A stretch of DNA of 63,041 bases, the filler included, from Folioceros fuciformis (lineage: Eukaryota), in the NCBI GenBank assembly GCA_049999805.1. It is 32 parts of 32 records of this genome, joined end to end, with 100 filler letters (N's around TTAATTAATTAA, not from the genome) between each part and the next. Parts side by side here need not be neighbours in the genome. Positions count along the whole stretch, not along the records: positions 24,206 to 25,547 come from JBNGIO010003777.1; positions 25,648 to 26,906 come from JBNGIO010003778.1; positions 27,007 to 28,425 come from JBNGIO010003780.1; positions 28,526 to 38,476 come from JBNGIO010003781.1; 28 more parts are not named here. The stretch is one strand, 5' to 3'. Position numbers and translations under genes: made by a program. Positions 24,206-34,954 of this stretch are shown piece after piece. The notes beneath the pieces were generated by a model, which saw only the letters and a program-made list of their open reading frames with translations, made no database searches and had not been told where the DNA came from. The first letter of the stretch is position 1, and each line of letters begins with the position of its first letter.

Positions 24206-24720
24206 GCGGAATTTACGACAGGAGTAAACCATGCCGAGTGCCTCCCTCTCAGGTGTGGTGTACTTGTGTTCAGCCTCTGTAAGTTGTCGTCCAGCATAGT
24301 AGATTGGGTAGTCCCTCCCCTTCTCATCCCGCTGGCTAAGGACTGTCCCAATGGCAAAGGCTGAAACATCCACGTACACATGGAATTTCCTGTCCCAATT
24401 AGGCCCCTTGAGTGTTGGTGCTGTCACAAGAGTGGTCCTCAAGTCCTGAAACGCAGCTTCCCTCGCTGCTGTCCACTCCCAAGATTGCTCCTCCTCAATA
24501 GGCCCGTCAAAGGGGCCGCCCGTCTAGCAAAATTGGGCACAAACCGGCGGTAGTATCCCACCATTCCGAGGAACCCACGCAACTCCTTGAGTGCGGTTGG
24601 GGCCCTCAAAGCAGCAATCACCTTCACCTTATCCGGGTCCACCTCAATGCCCCGTGCTGAAATTCTGTGACCTAGCAGGATCCCCTCAGCCATGCCAAAA
24701 TAGCATTTCTGTGAGCTCTC
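24206..24720 (-). mobile_element. pol: Athila-like Ty3/Gypsy RT C-terminus and RNase H fragment
   Basis: GILLGHRISARGIEVDPDK, LRGFLGMVGYYRRFV, VYVDVSAFAIGTVLSQ, YTTPEREALGMVY; frameshifted. Confidence 0.9.
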
Positions 24721-25271
24721 GATCTTTGGGGACCAGGGTGGTCTATGGAGGCGGTTGTTGTGGAGACGGTGATGAAGGTTAGGAAAAGGCNNNNNNNNNN
24801 NNNNNNNNNNNNNNNNNNNNNNNNNNNNNNNNNNNNNNNNNNNNNNNNNNNNNNNNNNNNNNNNNNNNNNNNNNNNNNNNNNNNNNNNNNGCTGAGGTGG
24901 ATTGAGCCATAGTGGTGGAAGATGGGATCTGAGGTTTGGCAGGATAGCGTTTTTGGAAGCCCGTAGTGTGGCTCAGCACTGCGGTTGCGGATTACGTTTG
25001 CGAGATGTGGTGTCATGGAATGCCGTAATTGGAGAATCCCGCTCTCGCCCTCCTGGCGTGGCGCCATCATGTCGTAGGCTGCTGGGCCGAGAGGTCGACG
25101 AGAGGCAGCACGGCGACCCCAGAATGCAGCCAGCGGCGGCTCCTGGAACTCGGGAGGGCTTGGTGGTGGGGACACCGCGCACAGTAGCATTTTGTCCTGA
25201 TGGCGGAAGGGCCGCATCAGGCCTCTTCTTGGAGCGGGTGTAGAAGGCCCTTTCTTTGCGGTTTTCTGGAG

Positions 25272-25547
25272 ATGGAGGAGAGGCTTCTTCCAGGAAGGTT
25301 CTGGAAGCCCGTTCTTGCAGGCAGCGCAAGCAAGGAGAAGTATGGAACGCAGCTGCTAGGCCTGCGCGATGGATGGGGAGCTCGGCGATAGCCGGCTCCA
25401 GCAGCCGGAGTCGGAGCGGGTCGTGCAAGGTGGCGGATCGGACGCTGCGGCTGACGGTGGTGGATGAGGACGGGTCGCGGCAGGCAATGCAGGGACTTAC
25501 GGGCCAGACGGTGCTGAAGACGCTGGTGAGTAGCAGGCTGGCTGATT
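25272..25547 (+). pseudogene. C1-FDX: 5' fragment resembling the mitochondrial complex I bridge ferredoxin-like subunit (At3g07480 type), apparently frameshifted and cut by the scaffold end
   Basis: KVADRTLRLTVVDEDGSRQAMQGLTGQTVLKTL (from 25427) resembles the C1-FDX N-terminus as I recall it (KVSDRIVKL...GLSGQTLLRAL). The upstream ATG at 25272 is out of frame. Confidence 0.6.
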
Positions 25548-25739
25548 NNNNNNNNNNNNNNNNNNNNNNNNNNNNNNNNNNNNNNNNNNNNTTAATTAAT
25601 TAANNNNNNNNNNNNNNNNNNNNNNNNNNNNNNNNNNNNNNNNNNNNATCCTAAGTTCACTAATAACTAGAACTAGTCTAGTATGAACCCAACTGGGATA
25701 ACTAACACCACATGAGTTTAGCTCATATAGAGCTCGATA

Positions 25740-26906
25740 ACTCAACATTCCCTACCTTCTCGATTTTGTGGTCATTCAGCACAAGGCACCAGGCTACGAC
25801 ATCTTGCTAAGCAGGACTTGGCTGTATGGATCGAGGTGGAGGTTGTCATGGGGGAGGAAGGAGGTGGCTTTCAAACCACCTGTATGGGACCCCAAGACAA
25901 AGGAGGGTAGGATTTGTTTGAGCTGGAGCCGGGATGTCTACCTCGGTGAGACCCCAACGAACACGGAGGGGTACACGTCCGTGGGGGACACAANNNNNNN
26001 NNNNNNNNNNNNNNNNNNNNNNNNNNNNNNNNNNNNNNNNNNNNNNNNNNNNNNNNNNNNNNNNNNNNNNNNNNNNNNNNNNNNNNNNNNNNNATCATGG
26101 ACAGATGAAGAGGAGGACTACCGGAGGGATATTCCTTATACCCTGAACCGGGTCGAGTGTGTTGGGATCACCTTGGACTGCAACATGGTAGGGGCTGAAG
26201 TAGCAAACATGGAAGGACAGGCTGCTAGAGTTGCTGAAGGGAAGGGCCAGGAAAAAGCCTCCCATGCCAAGAGGGGTGTGAAGGAAGGTGAGATGAGGGA
26301 AGGGGGCTGTGACCAAAGGTCTGAAGGGCCTGCTGGTGAGGATACAGAGGTCACTAGATTCACCTCCGAAGACCTATTCAAGGAATGGGGAATGAGGGAG
26401 GAAGATCCCCGAGAGCCGGAAGAAGGGTTTGGAGTCAGCTCTCCACCCGTGCAACGTGAATGGGTGCAGGCTGATGAAATTAAGGATGTGGAGGTGTTGC
26501 CAGGCAAGGTGCTGAAGTTTTCCAAACAGCTGAATGCCAAATTGGAGGAGGGAATGAAGCAACTCCTGGCTGAGTTCATCTATGTGTTTGCCTTTGAGGT
26601 GACGGACATGAAGGGAATTCCCAAAGAGTGGGGGGAGCACAAGATCGACTTGGAGCCAGGCGCTGTTCCCGTTTGAATTCCACAGTACAAGCTGAATCCA
26701 TGAAGGTAAAGGAACAACTGAAGCAGTACTTGAAGGCAGATGTGATTTTTCCAATTGTGAACTCAAATTGGGTGGCCCCAATCGTGGTGGTGCCCAAGAA
26801 ACAGCCAGGGAAGCTCCGGGTGTGCCAAGACTGGAGAAGGCTGAACAAAGCCACCAAGAAGGATCATTTCCCCTTGCCATTCATTGACAACATTCTGGAT
26901 TTGGTG
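25740..26906 (+). mobile_element. pol: Athila-like Ty3/Gypsy protease end - linker - RT start
   Basis: GYDILLSRTWL; EHKIDLEPGAVPV; SNWVAPIVVVPKK, RVCQDWRRLNKATKKDHFPLPFID. Confidence 0.9.
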
Positions 26907-28525
26907 NNNNNNNNNNNNNNNNNNNNNNNNNNNNNNNNNNNNNNNNNNNNTTAATTAATTAANNNNNNNNNNNNNNNNNNNNNNNNNNNNNNNNNNNNNN
27001 NNNNNNGTACCGAACCTAAACCTTCCCAGGTCCGGGACCAAACCTATACCCACTCTTATAACCAAACCAACTTTTTCCTGGTCAATTAACCTAATTAGCA
27101 CAAAGAAAAATAGGAAAAATGACCAGAAAATAAAGGAAAATTAGGGAAAATAAGTTGAAAAAGAACAAACCATACCACTATTAACCCTTTTTCAACCAAA
27201 ACAAACTACTACCCCAAACTATGGAGGTTCACAAGAGACCTTCCATCATTGTGTTCACTTTAGCTTCCAGCATTGTCATAAGAGCCTTCACTATGGGTAT
27301 GCAGAGGGCCAAACTTTGCCCGTAAGAGTCCTGCTTGTTTTGTCGGTCCTTCCAGCTTGATCCAGCTGCTGCCTCCTTTTATGCAGGGATCGTTGGAATC
27401 ATCAGGAACGTGCAAAGGTTTCAAGCAGGAGAATACATGGGCTTCAAGAGCCTCTGCACAGCATAGTAGNNNNNNNNNNNNNNNNNNNNNNNNNNNNNNN
27501 NNNNNNNNNNNNNNNNNNNNNNNNNNNNNNNNNNNNNNNNNNNNNNNNNNNNNNNNNNNNNNNNNNNNNCTACAAATTTCTGGGCAGCCTCGAATAGTTT
27601 TCCTGTCACCCATCCTCGTAGTGTGCAATGCACCTTTTTGCCCTCGAGCTCATCCCGTCAAAAGGATCTCCAAAGTGGAAATCTACTACCATGAGACTGC
27701 ATAATCCACTGATTATGAACACTTGAGGAACAAAGGTGTTGATCTAGAGACCATACAAGCGCAGAGACCGTAACGGATTCCCTATAAGAACTAGCTTCCG
27801 TAAGTTTGTCATGTTCCCAAGTGCTGCCGGCAAACCTGCCAAGTTATTGTTGGACAAGTCCAGAACTGAGAGACGCAAGGAGCAAGCCTCCATGGGAAAC
27901 ATTGTGAGCTGGTTTAGGGTTGCAAGTCAAGAGTGGCCAGCGCTTTCAGACAACCCATCTCCGGCGGGAGAGACAAGATGCGATTTAGGCCAAGGGTTTG
28001 TTCAGCAAGAGAAAAGCAAGAGGGGGAATCAGGCCAATGTCTGGCTGCAAAGAAGGGTTAGTCGGGGACTAGGAATTCGGTACCCGCTAGTGCATTCCAA
28101 TACATGAAGCAAGGTGGTTGGGACAGTGCTGCGGGGGCCGGGTCGGTGAGAAAGCAGGGGAGGATGAAGCGAAGGATTTGTTGCCGTTGGTGTACTAGCG
28201 CAAGAGACGAAGGGCAACTGGCGCGATTGCAAGTGCGTCTCCTCTTGCAAGCCGCCTAGAGGCTCCAGTAGACTCTAGATTTGCAGGTGCCACAATGCCG
28301 GGCAACCTGCTGTACTGCCCCCACTACTGCAAATAGGAAGCACACACAGATTTTGGGTGCAGGCTTCTGGCCCTTATCTACGTACATAGTGGTTCACACA
28401 CAATCTGACACACTTGCCACTATCCNNNNNNNNNNNNNNNNNNNNNNNNNNNNNNNNNNNNNNNNNNNNTTAATTAATTAANNNNNNNNNNNNNNNNNNN
28501 NNNNNNNNNNNNNNNNNNNNNNNNN

Positions 28526-28908
28526 TACGACAAAGGATGCTGTAGATAATGCTATGAGGATAGCGAAGATGTTTTTGGAAGAGATGCCATATAATGCTTT
28601 GAAGTTGCATTCTCAGTTGGAAAAACATATTGCTAATCATTAGATGAAAGCAACTCGTCATCAATCAAGGATTGATGGTTATTTTAGCCCGGCAAACTAG
28701 AATTAGGTTGGCAGCTATGTAGTATGAGGGAGCATTTTGGATTTTTTGGAAACTTTTAAGCTCTTTCAAATTTTAGATTAAAATAATGTTTTTATTTTTT
28801 AAATATTTTTATTTTCAAAAAAAGATGAAAATGCCTAAACGGGAATCCCTCTAAATGAGAGGATTTTTGCTACTCCCAATTGTTCCCAATTAGAGGGGTC
28901 TGACTGTA
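28526..28908 (+). mobile_element. Second pogo/Tigger-like 3' end with TIR ending ...GGGGTCTGACTG + TA
   Basis: Aligns by eye to ~341-766; ends CTG-TA as expected for TA-targeting elements. Confidence 0.65.
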
Positions 28909-29010
28909 NNNNNNNNNNNNNNNNNNNNNNNNNNNNNNNNNNNNNNNNNNNNNNNNNNNNNNNNNNNNNNNNNNNNNNNNNNNNNNNNNNNNNNNNNNNN
29001 NNNNNNNNCT

Positions 29011-29088
29011 GTAGTCATGGCCCTTAGGAACTTAAAGCAAAGATGACCCTAGGAATCTTTGCACTAAGTTCCTAAGGGCCACGTCTAC
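29011..29088. repeat. 78-bp near-perfect inverted repeat (hairpin or micro-MITE)
   Basis: Left arm GTAGTCATGGCCCTTAGGAACTTAAAGCAAAGAT; reverse complement of right arm GTAGACGTGGCCCTTAGGAACTTAGTGCAAAGAT. Confidence 0.85.
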
Positions 29089-29623
29089 TTTAAGTGCTAG
29101 GATATAAAAAAGAAAAGAAAAGAAAAAAATCTTCTGAAGTGTACATACAAACAAAGTTGCAAAAAGGCAAGTCAAATGAAGGATGAAACTCAGTCCAATA
29201 CAATACCTCAAGCCCTTCTAAAAGAAAAAGTTCAGAAGATAAAGTTAATCATTGAGACCTTGCCTTGTGAGAGATAAAATACAAAATTAAATAAAATGAT
29301 AAAATGAAAAAGTGGGAAAGTACGCATTCCAAAAGATCTATTAATAAGATCTATTAATAGGACCCTTATTGGAGGCAACCTGGGCCATTGAGTAGCCCCG
29401 TCATATTCACCTTGTAAAGTTAATGAAACAGGATAAAATTATGCAACGAGAAAAAATTGGCCTCCTTAGATTACAATATCCATACAGACACCGGACAACG
29501 GCTAGATTAATCTTTTTTAAGACATAACCTACAACCTAATTCGACCGGGCACCCACAGCACCTAGGCTCCTAGCAACTTGCGAGTTTCACTAACTTCCCA
29601 ATTTGATCTGACTTGGATCGCGG

Positions 29624-30568
29624 TTAGTTATCATCCTCTAACCTGTCAATATATTTGTCGTAGAACTTGGCTGCTGTTTCTAAGTCTCCTAGTTCCGTGT
29701 AGCAATCTGCAATAGCGCCATAAGCTTCCGTGTCTCCTGAATGTTCTCCAGTGCTATTCGAGACATCAAGGACAATAGAATGGTATTTGATCGCTTCTCG
29801 ATACTTACTTTGCCTTTGGCAGGATGCCCCCATTCCCCTGGCGGCCTTCTTTTCCTCCACAGGGTCTCCTAATTTTCTGGCAAGAGCCAATCCTTGCTCG
29901 AACTCCGCGAACGCTAATTCTGGCTTCTGCTCCCGTAGCCATTTCTTGCCTGCTCTCAGCTTCTGCATCAGCTCGTCGTTCGGACCATCTCCGATCCTGG
30001 GAGAGTCCAGGCGGCCCGCTCCAATTCCCACCGGAGCGTACTTCAGCCCCGGAGCATACGATTCCACCCGCACCTGTCTCCTCAGGTTGACGTTGATCTG
30101 CCGCAGCTGTGAATTGATGCGTTCAAGCTCCACCTTTCTCTGCCGCGCCAGAGTTCCCCCCACGGCCGCTCCTACCAGCGCAACGGCCTCTACCACGCAC
30201 GCCACCGCGATGACGAAGTCCATGTCCCAGCTGCTTGTGCTCTGAGCCACCACCTCAGCTCCCGAGGCATATCCTGCTGTACGAGCTGCTGTCAGAAGCC
30301 CCAGGCCGGCTCCCGCAACAATGACCTTTGCGGCAGCACCTGCCCGCCGTCCTGGCTCGAGAGCGCAGCATCGTACACTCGCTTGCCTCCGCAACCACCG
30401 CACACCGTTTGAACCATCCACCGCGCCGTGGAAGCATCTCCTGTTCCGATGGAGGTTCCAAGCACCCTGTGTTACCAACGACTGTCCAACATTTCTCACC
30501 TTCCCACTGTAAAGCTCCACCTGCAGATGGACCGAGCAGCAGGAGCATAGGGCAGCGGCCTCCGCCAT
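29624..30568 (-). CDS. FLU: FLUORESCENT IN BLUE LIGHT, chloroplast TPR repressor of ALA synthesis, 314 aa, single coding exon
   Basis: ATG at 30568; transit-peptide-like N-terminus; TM VEAVALVGAAVGGTLARQRK; coiled coil LRQINVNLRRQ..ESYAPGL.YAPVG; TPRs EEKKAARGMGASCQRQ.KYREAIKYH, SGDTEAYGAIADCYTELGDLE.A.KFYDKYI. Confidence 0.93.
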   Translation of the reverse strand: MAEAAALCSCCSVHLQVELYSGKVRNVGQSLVTQGAWNLHRNRRCFHGAVDGSNGVRWLRRQASVRCCALEPGRRAGAAAKVIVAGAGLGLLTAARTAGYASGAEVVAQSTSSWDMDFVIAVACVVEAVALVGAAVGGTLARQRKVELERINSQLRQINVNLRRQVRVESYAPGLKYAPVGIGAGRLDSPRIGDGPNDELMQKLRAGKKWLREQKPELAFAEFEQGLALARKLGDPVEEKKAARGMGASCQRQSKYREAIKYHSIVLDVSNSTGEHSGDTEAYGAIADCYTELGDLETAAKFYDKYIDRLEDDN

Positions 30569-31069
30569 AGCCCTAGCCAAACCACCTGCAGACTGCTGTT
30601 CTGCTACACAACGGAAACAGCTTTCCTGCCACGCAATTTTACGTGAGAAAAACTTCTAACATCTGGTGTCCTATGATTCTCAGTCACTGGCCCCATCAAG
30701 AGGAAGCTGCTGAAAACCTACCACCGAAGATGAAGCTGCTAACCTACCCGCCGAACGTGGATTCGATCCGCTGTGGCAAACTGTGAGAGGCTAGGACGAT
30801 TGTGTTCCTGACGCAAGTGCTAAACGTGTGCACTGCACACAGCAGTCTAAGCTTGAGGAGGAAGGGAGTGTGTCCATTCCAATCCTACATGTTCTGAATT
30901 GTGGGAACAGCACCCGGCCAACTGTTGTTAATTACACTTAAGATTGTCAATAACTGTCTTCCATGACAGAACTAGGCCACGAGAAGCGGAACAAATCGAA
31001 GAGTCTTAGGAAGAGAATTCTCGCATGGATATGAAGGCCCCATGTTTGGACAGGTCAGGATATGGATTC

Positions 31070-32166
31070 TTATTCAAGACCTTGGAACGTACTGGGATCG
31101 AACAAAAAGAGAGGAAGATGTCCGACTTGCCTCTGACCGATCTGCAACAGCGTTTCCCACAAAGTGATCAGCATCTCTCCAACGTGAAGTTGTTTGGCGA
31201 AGATGGTTTTCAAGGTCACAGGATGGAATCGGCACCTGGATAATGACGCCTCGGAAGGACCCTTGATATGGAGTCAACGTGCACAGCTGCACACGCTCTT
31301 CTGTGAGGACAACAACAAGCAACAGGGAAGAGTACAGACTTTGGGTAGAAGCTCACCTTCGTCTTGGCGTTGTACTTCACATAGACAGGCCCAAGGAGCA
31401 AATCAACCGGCTTGCCTTCTTCATCATCGAGCATCTGCAAAGGTGTGATGTAGCAAGGTATGATCACCTGTGATGGAACTCAGCCACTGACAAATCCTAA
31501 ATGACAGTGGACAGACAGGCCACACCCGAGGAGAGACCATCTCGCATCCGAGGGCTTGAGTCCATTGTTGCAGCGACTTGACAGCCTCCGCCGGGTCCCC
31601 GGCACAGATCCCCAGCAACGGTTGCGTCCCATCGGCCTTCAGTGCAGCCTCAGCGGCTACAAGGATAGATGCTGCCAGCGCATTGATCCCATCTTCGGTC
31701 CGAAGCGAAGGCTGCGGGGTTCGCCGGATATCATTTCGGTTGAAAGTGTCCAGGATTTCCCAGGCAGCTGCAACCACGTCTGCCTCTGCATTCAAAGCAC
31801 CACTATTGGCACAACGCCCCGCCCTTCAGGCTTCGGCTATCCTTTCATCCAGCTCTAATCGCCAATGCGCCTGCTGTGCTTAGTCCTAGGTGCGATCGTA
31901 CCTTGGAAAACGTGATCAGCGGGTTCAGAAACTCTGCAAGCCACCGGTGCTCGTCGTCTGCGCCAGCCATCCTGCAAGTGGCAAGTGATATCTCCTCCAG
32001 ACGGCACAGCTCCCACCACCGCCATCTGTGTGACGCAAAGACTCGAATGAGGCCATCGCAAATGCGTGGGGCAATCAGCTGCGCCGCCTAGCCTGGTGGA
32101 CACTGGAACCACGCTGCTGCAGCTGGTATCCAGTATGGCGATGGCCTTCAGCACCCTTGCCTCCAT
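31070..32166 (-). CDS. DUF1824-like protein with N-terminal transit peptide, 241 aa; exons 32166-31902, 31785-31526, 31434-31357, 31286-31236, 31141-31070
   Basis: Four GT-AG introns (116, 91, 70, 94 nt) join in frame. Motifs LGICA...AVKSLQQWTQALG, GPVYVKYN, YQGSFRGVIIQ, GHLPLFLF match the cyanobacterial DUF1824 pattern as I recall it. Confidence 0.8.
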
Positions 32167-32464
32167 CCGCAAAATATTGGGTGGGTGGAGTGTGCATCCA
32201 CCGATTGTCTGACCATCCGTTTACTCATATCCTCTCCTTGAGTCTATGTACTTCGGCATACAATCATGCTGCAAGTTGTAGCTGTCGGGCAGTTTCTCTT
32301 CAATGCAAGAATACTTCCTGTGGTATATTTCCAAAGATGAAACACGTTCTTGCAGCGAGACGGACTCTTGCTCACAAGATGTACCACAGTAAGAATAAGC
32401 CCCGGCAACATGAGAAATCGATGGTAGCGTTATCAACGCAATTGATTCAGGGAACGCGTGTTAT

Positions 32465-34498
32465 TTAATCTACAGTGTTTAGATTTCTGATTTGACCAAA
32501 TACTGTTGCCAGCATGGAGTAAATCTGCTTGCGTTCGGGATGGTCTTGATCTTCTACCACAAAAGTATGGACCTGACTTTCTAGCTCAAGCCAAGTGCGA
32601 CCTGGTTCTTTCCTCACACCTGACATGAGCATCTGGTTTCTGATATCCGCTTTGGCTTCCAGCTGGCCAGCACCATGGAAGATGTTTGCCATCATAACGT
32701 AAGCGGCACTGTTGGTTGGATCAGCCTCGACGATAGACCTGAAAGCCCGCTTTCCAAGCTCCACGTTCACATGGGTTTGGCATGCAGCAAGTAGCGACAA
32801 CCACACCACTCCATCGGGTTCTGATGGGAGTTGTTTTATCAGACCTTCTGCTTCTGAAAGATACCCAGCTCGGCAAATGAGGTCAACAAAGCAAGCGAAG
32901 TGCTCCTTTCCTGGAGTCAGTCCAAAATCTTCGGACATGGACTGGAAGAGGGAATAAGCCTCGTCAAGTAGACCTGCTCGGCTGCAGGCAGACAGCAATG
33001 ATACAAATGTTATGGTACTTGGCTCAATGCCTTCAGTTTTCATTCTCTGAAAGAGCTGAATTGCCTGGTGCACACCACCATGCTGAGCATATGCAGCGAT
33101 CATTGCTGTCCAGATGACGGTGTCCCTTGTCAGCAGCCTGTCAAACACCCTCTCTGCTTCCTCAAGGCTACCGCATTTGGCATACATGTCGATGAGGGTG
33201 CTAGAGATGTAGGGGTCAGATTCACAACCCGTGAGAATGGTCTTCACGTGTACAGCCCGTCCTTCTTGGAGGGCTGCAACAGTGGCACATGCCCTAAGGG
33301 TGCTGGAGAGAGTGATCACATCTGGCTGGACACCTTCTTGCTCCATCTGCTTAAATAGTTGGAGAGCGTCTTGACCATTGCCATGCTGCACATATCCTGT
33401 GATCATCGCATTCCAGGACACTAGGTTTCTGATCGACATGTCAAAGACTTTGCGAGCATCCTCAAGGCTCCCACACCTTGCATACATGCCAATAAGTGCA
33501 CTGCTGAGGAAGACGTCCGATTCCAGCTTAGCTCCCACAATGTCAGTGTGGATCAGTTTGCCCTGATCAAGAGCCATCACAGTGGAACACGCTTTCAGCA
33601 CACTAGAAAGTATGATGGCGTCCGGATGCATGCCCTGCCTTCGCAGGTCATGAAATAGTTGGATAGCCTCGTCTCCATCTCCTTGCTGAACATAACCTAC
33701 AACCATAGCAGTCCATGACACAAGGTTCTTGGTCGACAACCTGTCAAACAGTTGACGTGCCTCTTTTAGGCTGCCACATTTGGCATACATGTCAATGAGG
33801 GCACTGGCAACGAACACGTTGAGCTCCAACCCACCTTCCCTGGCGTGGCCGTGAATCAACCTGCCCTCTGCCAATGCTGCAGCAGTTGTACAAGCTTGAA
33901 TAACAGCCACAAAGACGTATTCATTGGGCTCCACATTAGACTGTTGCATGCAGCGATACAATTTGAGGGCATCCTCACTCCGTCCATACTTTGCATTTGC
34001 AGAGACAATTGAAGCCCACGCAAAGACGTCAGGAGCAGGTAGTTTCACAAAAGCCTGGTTTGCCTCGGTCAAACTCCCACATGCAGCAAACATACGCATC
34101 ACGTGGGCTCCCAAGAAGTTGCTGGACTCAAATCCTCTCCTAATGATAAGCCTGTGCACTCGCCTGCCAAATGCCAGGTGCTTATGCTTGATGCACGCCT
34201 CCAGAAGTCGGTACAACCTGTATGTAGTGTAGGCACCGATGCCTTGCCGATCCACAAGCTCCACGGCCTGCAACACCTCGTCCAGATGGCCATCCTCGCA
34301 TAGGCTAACCAGACCTCCAACTGAAAGTCTGCCCACTCTGCCAGACAGGGTAGCAAAATCGGGCCCTTGCCCAAGGCTTCTGGGAACACGACAAGGATCT
34401 GAAGCTGCCGACCGGTCACTCACAGTGCTGTAATGATGTGCTGGAACAATCCAATGGATCAGGAGACGAGCAGAGGATGCACATCGAGCCAGGCACAT
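32465..34498 (-). CDS. PLS-class PPR protein, E+ subclass (organellar RNA-editing factor type), 677 aa, intronless
   Basis: First ATG at 34498 (the track start 34522 is GTG). About five P-L-S triplets ending P2-L2-S2, then E1, E2, PG box KEPGRTW and HPE; stops before the DYW deaminase core. Confidence 0.95.
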   Translation of the reverse strand: MCLARCASSARLLIHWIVPAHHYSTVSDRSAASDPCRVPRSLGQGPDFATLSGRVGRLSVGGLVSLCEDGHLDEVLQAVELVDRQGIGAYTTYRLYRLLEACIKHKHLAFGRRVHRLIIRRGFESSNFLGAHVMRMFAACGSLTEANQAFVKLPAPDVFAWASIVSANAKYGRSEDALKLYRCMQQSNVEPNEYVFVAVIQACTTAAALAEGRLIHGHAREGGLELNVFVASALIDMYAKCGSLKEARQLFDRLSTKNLVSWTAMVVGYVQQGDGDEAIQLFHDLRRQGMHPDAIILSSVLKACSTVMALDQGKLIHTDIVGAKLESDVFLSSALIGMYARCGSLEDARKVFDMSIRNLVSWNAMITGYVQHGNGQDALQLFKQMEQEGVQPDVITLSSTLRACATVAALQEGRAVHVKTILTGCESDPYISSTLIDMYAKCGSLEEAERVFDRLLTRDTVIWTAMIAAYAQHGGVHQAIQLFQRMKTEGIEPSTITFVSLLSACSRAGLLDEAYSLFQSMSEDFGLTPGKEHFACFVDLICRAGYLSEAEGLIKQLPSEPDGVVWLSLLAACQTHVNVELGKRAFRSIVEADPTNSAAYVMMANIFHGAGQLEAKADIRNQMLMSGVRKEPGRTWLELESQVHTFVVEDQDHPERKQIYSMLATVFGQIRNLNTVD

Positions 34499-34954
34499 GT
34501 GTGTATGGTCATTCCCTTCCACGGACCACGCCGGACAGTGTTCCAGCCACTCTACAACCGTCCTTCACCCGACAACGATCAGTGCGGGGGGCACCGTTCA
34601 GCATCCGATTCCCCTCCGCCATGACCAGCCTCCCAACCTCAACCTGGGAACAAATCCCACAATCAACCCTTCGAAGCAAATACAGAGACAGTCCGTACAG
34701 TAACTCCGAGATTCTCCAGTTGTAAACCCTGCTTACTCGGGGCGACCGAGGTTGCTGGATGCTACATATAACGAGCACCGGGGAAGTCAGGTCTGCAATG
34801 CTTTTACAATACTGGCCGTACTGTTGCGAGAGGCTGGTGCCAGCGCACCGTTGCGGAGCGGCGGATCAGAAGAATTTGAAGGGCAGGACGGATCTGAAAT
34901 TTGTGAATTTGGTTTGAGCACAATCGGCACGGGGTAGGGTTGCGGACGGGCGAG
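34499..34954. promoter_or_regulatory. Probable bidirectional promoter and 5' UTRs (456 bp between divergent ATGs)
   Basis: Head-to-head gene arrangement; CpG-rich; no specific elements identified. Confidence 0.5.

Noticed and set aside
27234-28425. Coding remnants on either strand
   Set aside because: No motif I can assign; frequent stops.
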